Notes: a model not told the origin generated them from the letters alone. A stretch of DNA of 42,012 nucleotides from a virus (IMGVR_UViG_2563366969_000002), one strand, 5' to 3'; positions 1 through 9,155 are shown, numbered from the stretch's first letter. Program-made: numbers and translations.

Positions 1-1074
1 TCATTTGTCGATTTCAATTTTGTCCCATTCCCGTCCACGGCTGTCCCTATACCGCGCCGCCATTGAATATGATTTATGCCCGAGAAGACGTTGAGCAAAC
101 TTATCGCCAATCTGGTTCCGGTATAGCCTCGCTGACAGGCTACGCAGTTCATGGAATGTTGGCGGGTCTCCATCAAATGAGAGTCCAGATGCATTTCTCG
201 CCTTTGTAAAATACTTCGATACTGTTTTAGGGGAAAGCGGATCGTGATGCTTTGATGCGATTATAGTTTCACTGCCGCTGGCCTCCCTGCATTTCTGTAG
301 TGTATCAGCCAATGAGATATTGAGCGCGTCAATCGTTAGCGTTAGCGGAATGGCGAGCTTAGCCCCTGTTTTACTCTGTTCAATGTGAAGATGGTTGTCG
401 TTTATGTCTGACCATTTCATTCTGCACAAATCGCCCACTCTCTGCCCTGTAACGACCGCCAAATCCATTGCCAGCCTCAGCCAGATTGGGAGAGGTTCGG
501 CTGCATGGTAAATCGCGACATACTCATTAGCTGTCAGCCTTGAGCGCCTTACTTCTGACTTTGCTGTACGGGTTGCTGTTACCGGATTCGTTGCCACATG
601 CCCCTCGGCTATTGCTTCACGAAAAACGTCAACAAGGGTTGACCTGATTAATTTTGCGGAAGCTGCTTTACCTTCTGCTACGTAGGTGTTTAGCATTGCT
701 GCCACTTCTTTCGTTGATATGTCAGTGAGCGGTTTGTCCGGCAATTTTCTTCGGATTGCCCTGATTTTGCTGGCGTAGTCGAGTAGAGTTTTCGGCCTGA
801 TCCCCCTTTCGGTGAGGATTCTTTCATATCGGTCAAGCCACACATGAAGAGTGATTGCGTCACCGCCTTTAATTCTGTCTATCAGTGATTTGCGTCCGCT
901 GTCTGAGAGTAACTCAATATTGGCCTGTATTGCTTCAGTAATTGCTATCCTCCTGTCTCTGCCTAATCCGAACTCTTTACCCGTCCTTGGGTCCCTGTAG
1001 CAGTAATATCCATTGTTTCTTATATAAAGATTAGGGGGTAAATCCCGGCGCTCATGACTTCGCCTTCTTCCCAT
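1..1074 (-). CDS. int: Tyrosine integrase, lambda Int family
   Basis: 357-aa ORF; N-terminal arm-binding region MGRRRSHERRDLPPNLYIRNNGYYCYRDPRTGKEFGLGRDRRIAITEAIQANIEL and C-terminal catalytic region (HELRSLSARLY...LLGHKS...) match recalled lambda Int; central part diverged. Stop codon is at pos 1-3, so the gene is complete and the att site is outside the window. Confidence 0.95.
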   Translation of the reverse strand: MGRRRSHERRDLPPNLYIRNNGYYCYRDPRTGKEFGLGRDRRIAITEAIQANIELLSDSGRKSLIDRIKGGDAITLHVWLDRYERILTERGIRPKTLLDYASKIRAIRRKLPDKPLTDISTKEVAAMLNTYVAEGKAASAKLIRSTLVDVFREAIAEGHVATNPVTATRTAKSEVRRSRLTANEYVAIYHAAEPLPIWLRLAMDLAVVTGQRVGDLCRMKWSDINDNHLHIEQSKTGAKLAIPLTLTIDALNISLADTLQKCREASGSETIIASKHHDPLSPKTVSKYFTKARNASGLSFDGDPPTFHELRSLSARLYRNQIGDKFAQRLLGHKSYSMAARYRDSRGREWDKIEIDK

Positions 1075-1270
1075 TTTTGATCCTCTTCAAAAGGCTACCT
1101 GTTACTGGTCGATTTAAGTCAACCTTTACCGCTGATTCGTGGAACAGATACTCTCTTCCATCCTTAACCGGAGGAGGGAATATCCTGCACTCGCGTACCC
1201 ATCGACGAACTGTTTCAAGGCTTCTTGGGCGTCGCTGGCGTGCGTTCCACTCCTGAAGTGTCAAGTACAT
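1052..1270 (-). CDS. xis: Excisionase
   Basis: 72-aa ORF MYLTLQEWNARQRRPRSLETVRRWVRECRIFPPP... matches recalled lambda Xis; overlaps int start as in lambda. Confidence 0.9.
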   Translation of the reverse strand: MYLTLQEWNARQRRPRSLETVRRWVRECRIFPPPVKDGREYLFHESAVKVDLNRPVTGSLLKRIKNGKKAKS

Positions 1271-1383
1271 CGCAAAGTCTCCGCAATTACACGCAAGAAA
1301 AAACCGCCATCAGGCGGCTTGGTGTTCTTTCAGTTCTTCAATTCGAATATTGGTTACATTGTTTTCATATATGAATAAATAAA

Positions 1384-1563
1384 TTAGCTTTTTTCGTTGC
1401 CTTCGCGTTCTTTATTAATTTTGACAAACTTGTTTTTACCACGCTCTCCAAATGCGTCTTTAGAGTCGTTGTATCCGCAATCGCAGCACACATAATCACC
1501 AGACCATCCACGCATTGTTTTTTCTTTTGCAATATTTCCAGAACCGCATTTTGGACAAGACAT
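1384..1563 (-). CDS. Small zinc-ribbon protein (ea8.5 position)
   Basis: 59-aa ORF from ATG with GGAGG 7 nt upstream; CPKCG...(x)...CCDCG four-cysteine motif; AT-rich. Function unknown. Confidence 0.5.
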   Translation of the reverse strand: MSCPKCGSGNIAKEKTMRGWSGDYVCCDCGYNDSKDAFGERGKNKFVKINKEREGNEKS

Positions 1564-1659
1564 ATCACTACCTCCAAAGCATGAGTGAGATGACAACGTA
1601 ACATTGATTGGAGATTAACAATAGATTGCTGATGTAAAAGATATGTATAAGCTTCGCTT

Positions 1660-2313
1660 TCAAAGTGGAGGCTCTGGTAGCGGCATCCAGTGAGTTACGT
1701 CATCCAAGATATTTCCTGATAAATACGTGAAAGCTCTATATTTTTTGTAATCAATTGGATTTACAACCCAGTTCCAATATGCGGCCACGATTTCACCTTG
1801 ACTAAATGCCAGTAACATTTTGGTGTCTTCCGGCATTCGATCACTACAGCTTATCCAACCACCCGGAGTTACCGGAGAGTTGCCGCGTTCTTTAATGTGC
1901 AAGCGAGGCTCACCATCTTTTGGTTCAGGCCACTGGCGTTCCATGTTGATCTTCAATTTATTTTCCATAGCAGCGGTAATTTCAGCATCACTGATACCAG
2001 CACGGCGCTGTGCATCCCACAACAGAAACTGCATATCAGCCCACTCGCTAAGATCGTCTGGTTCGGCTGCGGCTTCCAGTGCCTCTTTTGAGAGATGTTT
2101 CAGCGGACCAATGGGGCCAACGCAGCCAAATGTGGAGTCAGACCATTTGGCATGCTCGTGGCGAATCTGTTCGCGTTCCAGTGAGGCGAGAGCGATTTTA
2201 AATGCTGTAAGCATGTGTGCTTGATCGTTGTCGAGTCCGAATGGCATTTCATCTCGTGCTGACTCAATACTGGTAATCGTATTTTGTAGCCATTCTTTGG
2301 TAAAAGTGCTCAT
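1660..2313 (-). CDS. Hypothetical protein, DUF550/DUF551-like (ea22 region)
   Basis: 217-aa ORF; C-terminal ...YLSGNILDDVTHWMPLPEPP resembles recalled DUF551 phage proteins. Family assignment from memory only. Confidence 0.55.
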   Translation of the reverse strand: MSTFTKEWLQNTITSIESARDEMPFGLDNDQAHMLTAFKIALASLEREQIRHEHAKWSDSTFGCVGPIGPLKHLSKEALEAAAEPDDLSEWADMQFLLWDAQRRAGISDAEITAAMENKLKINMERQWPEPKDGEPRLHIKERGNSPVTPGGWISCSDRMPEDTKMLLAFSQGEIVAAYWNWVVNPIDYKKYRAFTYLSGNILDDVTHWMPLPEPPL

Positions 2314-2681
2314 CGTAAAATATCCTCTATACTGGTAAGTCCTTCATTATTTAGCCAGATCATGGCGTCATCCGGCAACTTGCTGTCTGGTTTGGCGTTT
2401 TTGAGAGAGGAACTCAGTCGCTTAATCCACATTGTCACCTCAGTAATGCGCCTGTCTTTGCCTTCCAGCTCAACACGCAGCTTCCCTACCGTTAGCGCAA
2501 TATCCTCGTTCTCCTGGTCGCGGCGTTTGATGTATTGCTGGTTTCTTTCCCGTTCATCCAGCAGTTCCAGCACAATCGATGGTGTTACCAATTCATGGAA
2601 AAGGTCTGCGTCAAATCCCCAGTCGTCATGCATTGCCTGCTCTGCCGCTTCACGCAGTGCCTGAGAGTTAATTTCGCTCAC
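2310..2681 (-). CDS. Ead/Ea22-like protein
   Basis: 123-aa ORF starting MSEINSQALREAAEQAMHDDWGFDADLFHELVTPSIV..., typical N-terminus of Ea22-like proteins of E. coli lambdoid prophages (recalled). Confidence 0.6.
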   Translation of the reverse strand: MSEINSQALREAAEQAMHDDWGFDADLFHELVTPSIVLELLDERERNQQYIKRRDQENEDIALTVGKLRVELEGKDRRITEVTMWIKRLSSSLKNAKPDSKLPDDAMIWLNNEGLTSIEDILR

Positions 2682-2899
2682 TTCGAACCTCTCTGTTTAC
2701 TGATAAGCTCCAGATCTTCCTGGCAACTTGCACAAGTCCGACAACCCTGAACGGCCAAGCGTCTTCGTTCATCTATCGGATCGCCACACTCACAACAATG
2801 AGTGGCAGATATAGCCTGGTGGTTCAGGCGGCACATTTTTATTGCTGTGTTGCGCTGTAATTCTTCAATTTCTGATGCTGAATCAATGATGTCTGCCAT
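2678..2899 (-). CDS. TraR/DksA-type C4 zinc-finger protein
   Basis: 73-aa ORF with CxxC-x17-CxxC (CCECGDPIDERRRLAVQGCRTCASC). Confidence 0.7.
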   Translation of the reverse strand: MADIIDSASEIEELQRNTAIKMCRLNHQAISATHCCECGDPIDERRRLAVQGCRTCASCQEDLELISKQRGSK

Positions 2900-2997
2900 C
2901 TTTCATTAATCCCTGAATTGTTGGTTAATACGCTTGAGGGTGAATGCGAATAATAAAAAAGGAGCCTGTAGCTCCATGATGATTTTGTTTTTCATGC

Positions 2998-3279
2998 TCA
3001 CCGTTCCTTAAAGACGCCGTTTAACATGCCGATCGCCAGGCTTAAATGAGTCGGTGTGAATCCCATCAGCGTTACCGTTTCGCGGTGCTTCTTCAGTACG
3101 CTACGGCAAATGTCATCGACGTTTTTATCCGGAAACTGCTGTCTGGCTTTTTTGATTTCAGAATTAGCCTGACGGGCAATGCTGCGAAGGGCGTTTTCCT
3201 GCTGAGGTGTCACTGAACAAGCCCCATGTCGGCAAGCATAAGCACACAGAATATGAAGCCCGCAGCCAGAAAAATGCAT
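2998..3279 (-). CDS. Hypothetical protein (orf60a position)
   Basis: 93-aa ORF in early-left operon; no recognised family; start uncertain. Confidence 0.35.
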   Translation of the reverse strand: MHFSGCGLHILCAYACRHGACSVTPQQENALRSIARQANSEIKKARQQFPDKNVDDICRSVLKKHRETVTLMGFTPTHLSLAIGMLNGVFKER

Positions 3280-3289
3280 TCAGTGGTTG

Positions 3290-3481
3290 TCATACCTGGT
3301 CTCTCTCATCTGCTTCTGCTTTCGCCACCATCATTTCCAGTTTTTGTGAAAGGGATGTGGCTAACGTATGAAATTCTTTGTCTGTTTCTACTGGTATTGG
3401 CACAAACCTGATTCCAATTTGAGCGAGGCTATGTGCCATCTCGATACTCGTTCTTAACTCAACGGGAGATGCTTTGTGCAT
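3290..3481 (-). CDS. Lambda orf63-like protein
   Basis: 63-aa [37 protein letters not shown]... matches recalled lambda orf63. Confidence 0.6.
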   Translation of the reverse strand: MHKASPVELRTSIEMAHSLAQIGIRFVPIPVETDKEFHTLATSLSQKLEMMVAKAEADERDQV

Positions 3482-3642
3482 ACCGCCTCCCGTTTATTAT
3501 TTATCTTCTCAGCCAGCCGCTGTGCTTTCAGTGGATTTCTGATAACAGAAAGGCCGGGAAATACCCAGCCTCGCTTTGTAACGGAGTAGACGAAAGTGAT
3601 CGCACCTACCCGGATATTATCGTGAGGATGCTTCATCGCCAT
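3454..3642 (-). CDS. Lambda orf61-like protein
   Basis: 62-aa [48 protein letters not shown]... matches recalled lambda orf61. Confidence 0.6.
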   Translation of the reverse strand: MAMKHPHDNIRVGAITFVYSVTKRGWVFPGLSVIRNPLKAQRLAEKINNKREAVCTKHLPLS

Positions 3643-4313
3643 TGCTCCCCAAATACAAAACCAATTTCAGCCAGTGCCTCGTCCATTTTTTCGATGAACT
3701 CCGGCACCATCTCGTCAAAACTCGCCATGTAATTTTCATCCCGCTCAACCACGACATAATGCAGGCCTTCACGCTTCATCCGCGGGTCATAGTTGGCAAA
3801 GTACCAGGCATCTTTTCGCGTCACCCACATGCTGTACTGCACCTGGGCCATGTAAGCCGACTTTATGGCCTCGAAACCACCGAGCCGGAATTTCATGAAA
3901 TCCCGGGAGGTAAACGGGCATTTCAGTTCAAGGCCGTTGCCGTCACTGCATAAACCATCGGGAGAGCAGGCGGTGCGCATACTTTCGTCGCGATAGATGA
4001 TCGGGGATTCAGTAACATTCACGCCGGAAGTGAATTCAAACAGAGTTCTGGCGTCGTTCTCGTACTGTTTTCCCCAGGCCAGTGCTTTAGCGTTAACTTC
4101 CGGAGCCACACCGGTGCAAACCTCGGCAAGCAGGGTGTGGAAGTAGGACATTTTCATGTCAGGCCACTTTTTTCCGGAGCGGGGTTTTGCTATCACATTG
4201 TGAACTTCTGAAGCGGTGATGACGCCGAGCCGTAATTTGTGCCACGCATCATCTCCCTGCTCGATAGCTCTCACGTCGATCCCGGTACGCTGCAGGATAA
4301 TGTCCGGTGTCAT
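3633..4313 (-). CDS. exo: Lambda exonuclease (Red alpha)
   Basis: 226-aa [65 protein letters not shown]... matches recalled lambda Exo. Confidence 0.95.
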   Translation of the reverse strand: MTPDIILQRTGIDVRAIEQGDDAWHKLRLGVITASEVHNVIAKPRSGKKWPDMKMSYFHTLLAEVCTGVAPEVNAKALAWGKQYENDARTLFEFTSGVNVTESPIIYRDESMRTACSPDGLCSDGNGLELKCPFTSRDFMKFRLGGFEAIKSAYMAQVQYSMWVTRKDAWYFANYDPRMKREGLHYVVVERDENYMASFDEMVPEFIEKMDEALAEIGFVFGEQWR

Positions 4314-5095
4314 GCTGCCACCTTCTGTTCAGTGGCTTTTTGTTTCAGGAATCCAAGAGCTTTCACTGCTTCGTCCTGTGTCAGTTCTGACGATGAACGA
4401 ATGTCGCGGCGAAATATCTGGGAACAGAGCGGCAATAAGTCGTCATCCCATGTTTTATCCAGGGCGATCAGCAGAGTGTTAATCTCCTGCATGGTTTCAT
4501 CGTTAACCGGAGTGATGTCGCGTTCCGGCTGACGTTCTGCAGTGTATGCGGTATTTTCGACAATGCGCTCGGCTTCATCCTTGTCATAGATACCAGTAAA
4601 TCCGAAGGACAGACGGGCACACTGAATCATGGCTTTATGCCGTAACATCCGTTTGGGATGCGACTGCCACGGTCCGGTGATTTCTCTGCCTTCGCGGGTT
4701 TTGAATGGTTCGCGGCGGCATTCATCCATCCACTCGGTAACGCAGATCGGATGATTGCGGTCTTTGCGGTAAATCCGGCATGTGCAGGATTCGTTGTCCT
4801 GTTCAAAGTCCATGCCATCAAACTGCTGGTTTTCGTTGATGATGCGGGACCAGCCATCAACGCCCACCACCGGAACGATGCCGTTCTGCTTATCAGGGAA
4901 GGCGTAAATTTCTTTCGTCCACGGATTAAGGCCGTATTGGTTGGCGACGATCAGCAATGCGATGAACTGCGCATCGCTGGCATCGCCTTTAAATGCTGTC
5001 TGGCGAAGAGTGGTGATCAGTTCCTGTGGGTCGACAGAATCCATGCCGACACGTTCAGCCAGCTTCCCAGCCAGCGTTGCGAGTGCTGTACTCAT
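4310..5095 (-). CDS. bet: Recombinase Beta (Red beta)
   Basis: 261-aa [62 protein letters not shown]... matches recalled lambda Bet; overlaps exo start. Confidence 0.95.
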   Translation of the reverse strand: MSTALATLAGKLAERVGMDSVDPQELITTLRQTAFKGDASDAQFIALLIVANQYGLNPWTKEIYAFPDKQNGIVPVVGVDGWSRIINENQQFDGMDFEQDNESCTCRIYRKDRNHPICVTEWMDECRREPFKTREGREITGPWQSHPKRMLRHKAMIQCARLSFGFTGIYDKDEAERIVENTAYTAERQPERDITPVNDETMQEINTLLIALDKTWDDDLLPLCSQIFRRDIRSSSELTQDEAVKALGFLKQKATEQKVAA

Positions 5096-5100
5096 CCGTT

Positions 5101-5397
5101 TTATACCTCTGAATCAATATCAACCTGGTGGTGAGCAATGGTTTCAACCATGTACCGGATGTGTTCTGCCATGCGCTCCTGAAACTCAACATCGTCATCA
5201 AACGCACGGGTAATGGCTTTTTTGCTGGCCCCGTGACGTTGCAAATGATCGATGCAGAGCGATTCAAACAAATGCTGGGGCAGACCCTTTTCCAGGTCGT
5301 CTGCCAGTTCTGCCTCTTTCTCTTCACGGGCGATCTGCTGGTAGTGACGCGCCCAGCTCTGAGCCTCAAGACGATCCTGAATGTAATAAGCGTTCAT
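5101..5397 (-). CDS. gam: Gam (RecBCD inhibitor), 98-aa form
   Basis: [60 protein letters not shown]... matches recalled lambda GamS. Confidence 0.9.
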   Translation of the reverse strand: MNAYYIQDRLEAQSWARHYQQIAREEKEAELADDLEKGLPQHLFESLCIDHLQRHGASKKAITRAFDDDVEFQERMAEHIRYMVETIAHHQVDIDSEV

Positions 5398-5472
5398 GGC
5401 TGAACTCCTGAAAATGGCTGTGAAAATAGCGCCCGCGAAATGCCAGGCTGATTAGGAAAACAGGAAAGGGGG

Positions 5473-5616
5473 TTAGTGAATGCTTTTGCTTGATCTCAGT
5501 TTCAGTATTAATATCCATTTTTTATAAGCGTCGACGGCCTCACGAAACATCTTTTCATCGCCAATAAAAGTGGCGATAGTGAATTTAGTCTGGATAGCCA
5601 TAAGTGTTTGATCCAT
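5473..5616 (-). CDS. kil: Kil (host-killing, FtsZ inhibitor)
   Basis: 47-aa reading frame [47 protein letters not shown] matches recalled lambda Kil; internal start within a longer listed ORF. Confidence 0.75.
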   Translation of the reverse strand: MDQTLMAIQTKFTIATFIGDEKMFREAVDAYKKWILILKLRSSKSIH

Positions 5617-5749
5617 TTTTTGGGACTCCTGGCTGATTAAGTATGTCGATAAGGCGTTTCCATCCGTCACGTAATTTACGGGTGATTCGTTCAAGTAAAG
5701 ATTCGGAAGGGCAGCCAGCAACAGGCCACCCTGCAATGGCATATTGCAT
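5585..5749 (-). CDS. cIII: cIII (protects cII from FtsH)
   Basis: Hand translation gives [54 protein letters not shown], matching recalled lambda cIII (54 aa); below the ORF-track size cutoff. Confidence 0.75.
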   Translation of the reverse strand: MQYAIAGWPVAGCPSESLLERITRKLRDGWKRLIDILNQPGVPKNGSNTYGYPD

Positions 5750-5821
5750 GGTGTGCTCCTTATTTATACATAACGAAAAACGCCTCGAGTGAAGCGTTAT
5801 TGGTATGCGGTAACGCCGCGC

Positions 5822-6190
5822 TCAGGCGGCTTTGATAGTCATATCATCTGAATCAAATATTCCTGATGTATCGATATCGGTAATTCTTATTCCTTCGCTA
5901 CCATCCATTGGAGGCCATCCTTCCTGACCATTTCCATCATTCCAGTCGAACTCACACACAACACCATATGCATTTAAGTCGCTTGAAATTGCTATAAGCA
6001 GAGCATGTTGCGCCAGCATGATTAATACAGCATTTAATACAGAGCCGTGTTTATTGAGTCGGTATTCAGAGTCTGACCAGAAATTATTAATCTGGTGAAG
6101 TTTTTCCTCTGTCATTACGTCATGGTCGATTTCAATTTCTATTGATGCTTTCCAGTCGTAATCAATGATGTATTTTTTGATGTTTGACAT
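5822..6190 (-). CDS. ea10: Ea10 protein
   Basis: 122-aa ORF MSNIKKYIIDYDWKASIEIEIDHDVMTEEKLHQINNFWSDSEYRL... at the lambda ea10 position and length. Confidence 0.8.
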   Translation of the reverse strand: MSNIKKYIIDYDWKASIEIEIDHDVMTEEKLHQINNFWSDSEYRLNKHGSVLNAVLIMLAQHALLIAISSDLNAYGVVCEFDWNDGNGQEGWPPMDGSEGIRITDIDTSGIFDSDDMTIKAA

Positions 6191-6210
6191 CTGTTCATAT
6201 CCTCATAGAT

Positions 6211-6236
6211 AAAAAATCGCCCTCACACTGGAGGGC
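6211..6236 (-). terminator. Intrinsic terminator-like hairpin in leftward operon
   Basis: GCCCTC-loop-GAGGGC stem, followed by a T-run when read on the minus strand (A-run 6211-6216 on plus). Confidence 0.45.
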
Positions 6237-6393
6237 AAAGAAGATTTCCAATAATCAGAACAAGTCGGCTCCTGTTTAGTTACGAGCGACATTGCTCCGT
6301 GTATTCACTCGTTGGAATGAATACACAGTGCAGTGTTTATTCTGTTATTTATGCCAAAAATAAAGGCCACTATCAGGCAGCTTTGTTGTTCTG

Positions 6394-6573
6394 TTAACCA
6401 AGTTCTCTGGCAATCATTGCCGTCGTTCGTATTGCCCATTTATCGACATATTTCCCATCTTCCATTACAGGAAACATTTCTTCAGGCTTAACCATGCATT
6501 CCGATTGCAGCTTGCATCCATTGCATCGCTTGAATTGTCCACACCATTGATTCTTATCAATAGTCGTAGTCAT
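6394..6573 (-). CDS. ral: Ral (restriction alleviation), 59-aa variant
   Basis: Hand translation MTTTIDKNQWCGQFKRCNGCKLQSECMVKPEEMFPVMEDGKYVDKWAIRTTAMIARELG* matches recalled lambda Ral but ends about 7 residues early. Confidence 0.7.
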   Translation of the reverse strand: MTTTIDKNQWCGQFKRCNGCKLQSECMVKPEEMFPVMEDGKYVDKWAIRTTAMIARELG

Positions 6574-6767
6574 ACGGATAGTCCTGGTACTGTTCCATTA
6601 CATCCTGCGGATGCTCTTCGAACTCTTCAAATTCTTCTTCCATATATCACCTTAAATAGTGGATTGCGGTAGTAAAGATTGTGCCTGTCTTTTAACCACA
6701 TCAGGCTCGGTGGTTCTCGTGTACCCCTACAGCGAGAAATCGGATAAACTATTACAACCCCTACAGT

Positions 6768-7322
6768 TTGATGAGTATAGAAATGGATCCACTCGTTATT
6801 CTCGGACGAGTGTTCAGTAATGAACCTCTGGAGAGAACCATGTATATGATCGTTATCTGGGTTGGACTTCTGCTTTTAAGCCCAGATAACTGGCCTGAAT
6901 ATGTTAATGAGAGAATCGGTATTCCTCATGTGTGGCATGTTTTCGTCTTTGCTCTTGCATTTTCGCTAGCAATTAATGTGCATCGATTATCAGCTATTGC
7001 CAGCGCCAGATATAAGCGATTTAAGCTAAGAAAACGCATTAAGATGCAAAACGATAAAGTGCGATCGGTAATTCAAAACCTTACAGAAGAGCAATCTATG
7101 GTTTTGTGCGCAGCCCTTAATGAAGGCAGGAAGTATGTGGTTACATCAAAACAATTCCCATACATTAGTGAGTTGATTGAGCTTGGTGTGTTGAACAAAA
7201 CTTTTTCCCGATGGAACGGGAAGCATATATTATTCCCTATTGAGGATATTTACTGGACTGAATTAGTTGCCAGCTATGATCCATATAATATTGAGATAAA
7301 GCCAAGGCCAATATCTAAGTAA
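6768..7322 (+). CDS. sieB: Superinfection exclusion protein B-like membrane protein
   Basis: 184-aa ORF with two hydrophobic segments (MYMIVIWVGLLLLSP, VWHVFVFALAFSLAINV), between ral and N, convergent with N as recalled for lambda sieB. Confidence 0.65.
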   Translation: MMSIEMDPLVILGRVFSNEPLERTMYMIVIWVGLLLLSPDNWPEYVNERIGIPHVWHVFVFALAFSLAINVHRLSAIASARYKRFKLRKRIKMQNDKVRSVIQNLTEEQSMVLCAALNEGRKYVVTSKQFPYISELIELGVLNKTFSRWNGKHILFPIEDIYWTELVASYDPYNIEIKPRPISK

Positions 7323-7646
7323 CTAGGTAAGAGGAATCGATTTTCCCTTAATTTTCTGGCGTCCACTGCATGTTATGCCGCGTTCGCCAGGCTTGCTGTA
7401 CCATGTGCGCTGATTCTTGCGCTCAATACGTTGCAGGTTGCTTTCAATCTGTTCGTGGTATTCAGCCAGCACTGTAAGGTCTATCGGATTCAGTGCGCTT
7501 TCTACTCGTGATTTCGGTTTGCGATTCAGCGAGAGAATAGGGCGGTTAACTGGTTTTGCGCTTACCCCAACCAACAGGGGATTTGCTGCTTTCCATTGAG
7601 CCTGTTTCTCTGCGCGACGTTCGCGGCGGCGTGTTTGTGCATCCAT
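7323..7646 (-). CDS. N: Antiterminator N
   Basis: MDAQTRRRERRAEKQAQWKAANPLLVGVSAKPVNRPILSLNRKPKSRVESALNPIDLTVLAEYH... matches recalled lambda N; AGGAGA RBS upstream of the internal ATG at 7646. Confidence 0.9.
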   Translation of the reverse strand: MDAQTRRRERRAEKQAQWKAANPLLVGVSAKPVNRPILSLNRKPKSRVESALNPIDLTVLAEYHEQIESNLQRIERKNQRTWYSKPGERGITCSGRQKIKGKSIPLT

Positions 7647-7756
7647 CTGGATTCTCCTGTCAGTTAGCTTTGAGTAACGCGCCGTGATGCTTATCCCCAC
7701 GGTTGCTGTCTTGCAGCTGCATTTCGCGCTACTCAAAGCTTTCTGCTTTGAATGCT

Positions 7757-7771
7757 GCCCTTCTTCAGGGC
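7757..7771 (-). promoter_or_regulatory. nutL boxB hairpin
   Basis: Minus-strand GCCCTGAAGAAGGGC, identical to recalled lambda boxB, between pL and N. Confidence 0.8.
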
Positions 7772-7829
7772 TAAATTTTTAAGAGCCTCACCTTCAATGG
7801 TGGTTAGTGCGTCCTGCTGACGAGCTAAG

Positions 7830-7890
7830 TATCACCGCTAGTGGTATTTGTGTCAACACCGCTAGAGATATTTTATCACCGCAAATGGTT
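7830..7890. promoter_or_regulatory. oL operators / pL promoter
   Basis: Three 17-bp sites TATCACCGCTAGTGGTA, CAACACCGCTAGAGATA, TATCACCGCAAATGGTT, near-identical to recalled lambda OL1-OL3. Confidence 0.85.
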
Positions 7891-8050
7891 ATCTGTATGT
7901 TTTTTATATGGATTTATTTTTTCGAGTGAGTGTATTGCCTCGGCGATGTAAGGAGAGATCAGAATTGCGTTGTTTAGTGAGTTGTATCTATTTATTTTCC
8001 AATAAATACAATTGGTTATGTGTTTTTAGGTGGGGCGATCGTGAGGCAAA

Positions 8051-8078
8051 GAAAACCCGGCGCTGAGGCCGGGCTTTT
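8051..8078 (-). terminator. Intrinsic terminator after the cI-downstream gene
   Basis: CCCGGCGCTGAGGCCGGG stem flanked by A-run (8051-8055) and T-run (8074-8078); terminates leftward transcripts from pRM. Confidence 0.55.
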
Positions 8079-8095
8079 AGGGCGGGTTGATGCTC

Positions 8096-9133
8096 TTAAC
8101 ACCCTTTAATGGGAGTTGAGATACGAGATATCATTGCTGATTCAATTATCCCACTTCTGACTTTATAGTCACCAAAAAGAGAAATTGAATCAGAAAGTTT
8201 CATGCTTTCATAAAGAAGGTCTGTTTCGTCTTTATCTATAAAATCAGTAACAACATAAGCAGGGAAGGTATAATCAGTGCCAACCTTTTTGCAAGTTACT
8301 GTCAGCTTTCCATCTGATTTTTTAATGCCTTCAATTTCAACTTCTTCTGTAAGTTCTTTGTTGGAAAGTTTCTCACGTGGGTTTCTTATCATTTCGGCAA
8401 TATCACGCTTATCTAATTCGATCTTTGCCATACCATTAAACTCTACTCTGTCAGCATCTGAGACGCCTTTCAACACCCCAACCACAGCATTTGAAGTATG
8501 GGATTGAATTCCCTCTGAAATCTCCCTCGCAGCTGCTGTGGCAGTATGAGCAGAAAGAACTTCAACCATGCCATCTTTAAGCAGTCTCATTTGCTCAGTT
8601 TGGCTGTTGGTGTCGTTGAGGCCTTCATCAATCTCAAGTTGCTTCATTTTTTCTATATGGCGATCTTTTTGTCTCGACTTTATCAGCCAAGCCCCAGTAA
8701 GGATCAGCGATATGAGAACGAGACATATAGCTTTCTCTGTTCCAGTCATACCTTGTGTTGACCTCTCAAATGCAACACCAAATGAATCAATTACATCCTT
8801 TATAGCAACAAGTAGGTCAGTACAGCCAGGCTCAACTTTAAAAATTATCTCAAGCTCTTTTCTATCACTGTCTTTCAAATGCTTGAGATTATCCGTTCCT
8901 CGCCTTACAAGCATAAACGCTTTATAAAGTTCGGTCTGAAACTCGCACATACCTTGAGCTAAAGAGGACGGTATCGTCCCATTATACCGGTCTGGATCAC
9001 CATAAATCTTGAAACTTACGTGGTTAACAAAATCAATTTTAATGTCATTGATAGATATTTGCTGACCTTTCTGAACTCTTTCTAAAAACTCTGAAACGTC
9101 GCTTAATGATGAGATATCAATTTGATTGTCCAT
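8096..9133 (-). CDS. Unknown membrane-anchored protein in the rexAB slot
   Basis: 345-aa frame from ATG at 9133 (MDNQIDISSLSD...), 23 nt downstream of cI stop, same strand; one central hydrophobic helix (AICLVLISLILTGAWLI); charged coiled-coil-like C-terminal half; AT-rich by eye; no family recognised. Confidence 0.7.
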   Translation of the reverse strand: MDNQIDISSLSDVSEFLERVQKGQQISINDIKIDFVNHVSFKIYGDPDRYNGTIPSSLAQGMCEFQTELYKAFMLVRRGTDNLKHLKDSDRKELEIIFKVEPGCTDLLVAIKDVIDSFGVAFERSTQGMTGTEKAICLVLISLILTGAWLIKSRQKDRHIEKMKQLEIDEGLNDTNSQTEQMRLLKDGMVEVLSAHTATAAAREISEGIQSHTSNAVVGVLKGVSDADRVEFNGMAKIELDKRDIAEMIRNPREKLSNKELTEEVEIEGIKKSDGKLTVTCKKVGTDYTFPAYVVTDFIDKDETDLLYESMKLSDSISLFGDYKVRSGIIESAMISRISTPIKGC

Positions 9134-9155
9134 ATCTTTTCTCAATGTTATTGTG

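Noticed and set aside
1-1074. Possibility that int is truncated by the window edge
   Set aside because: Stop codon is present at pos 1-3 and the C-terminus matches lambda Int (…REWDKIEI-K), so the gene is complete.
4658-5134. Plus-strand ORFs of 60-160 aa lying inside exo/bet/gam (e.g. 4658-5134, 4941-5213, 4216-4532)
   Set aside because: Antisense shadow ORFs within well-supported lambda genes; no RBS context or family resemblance.
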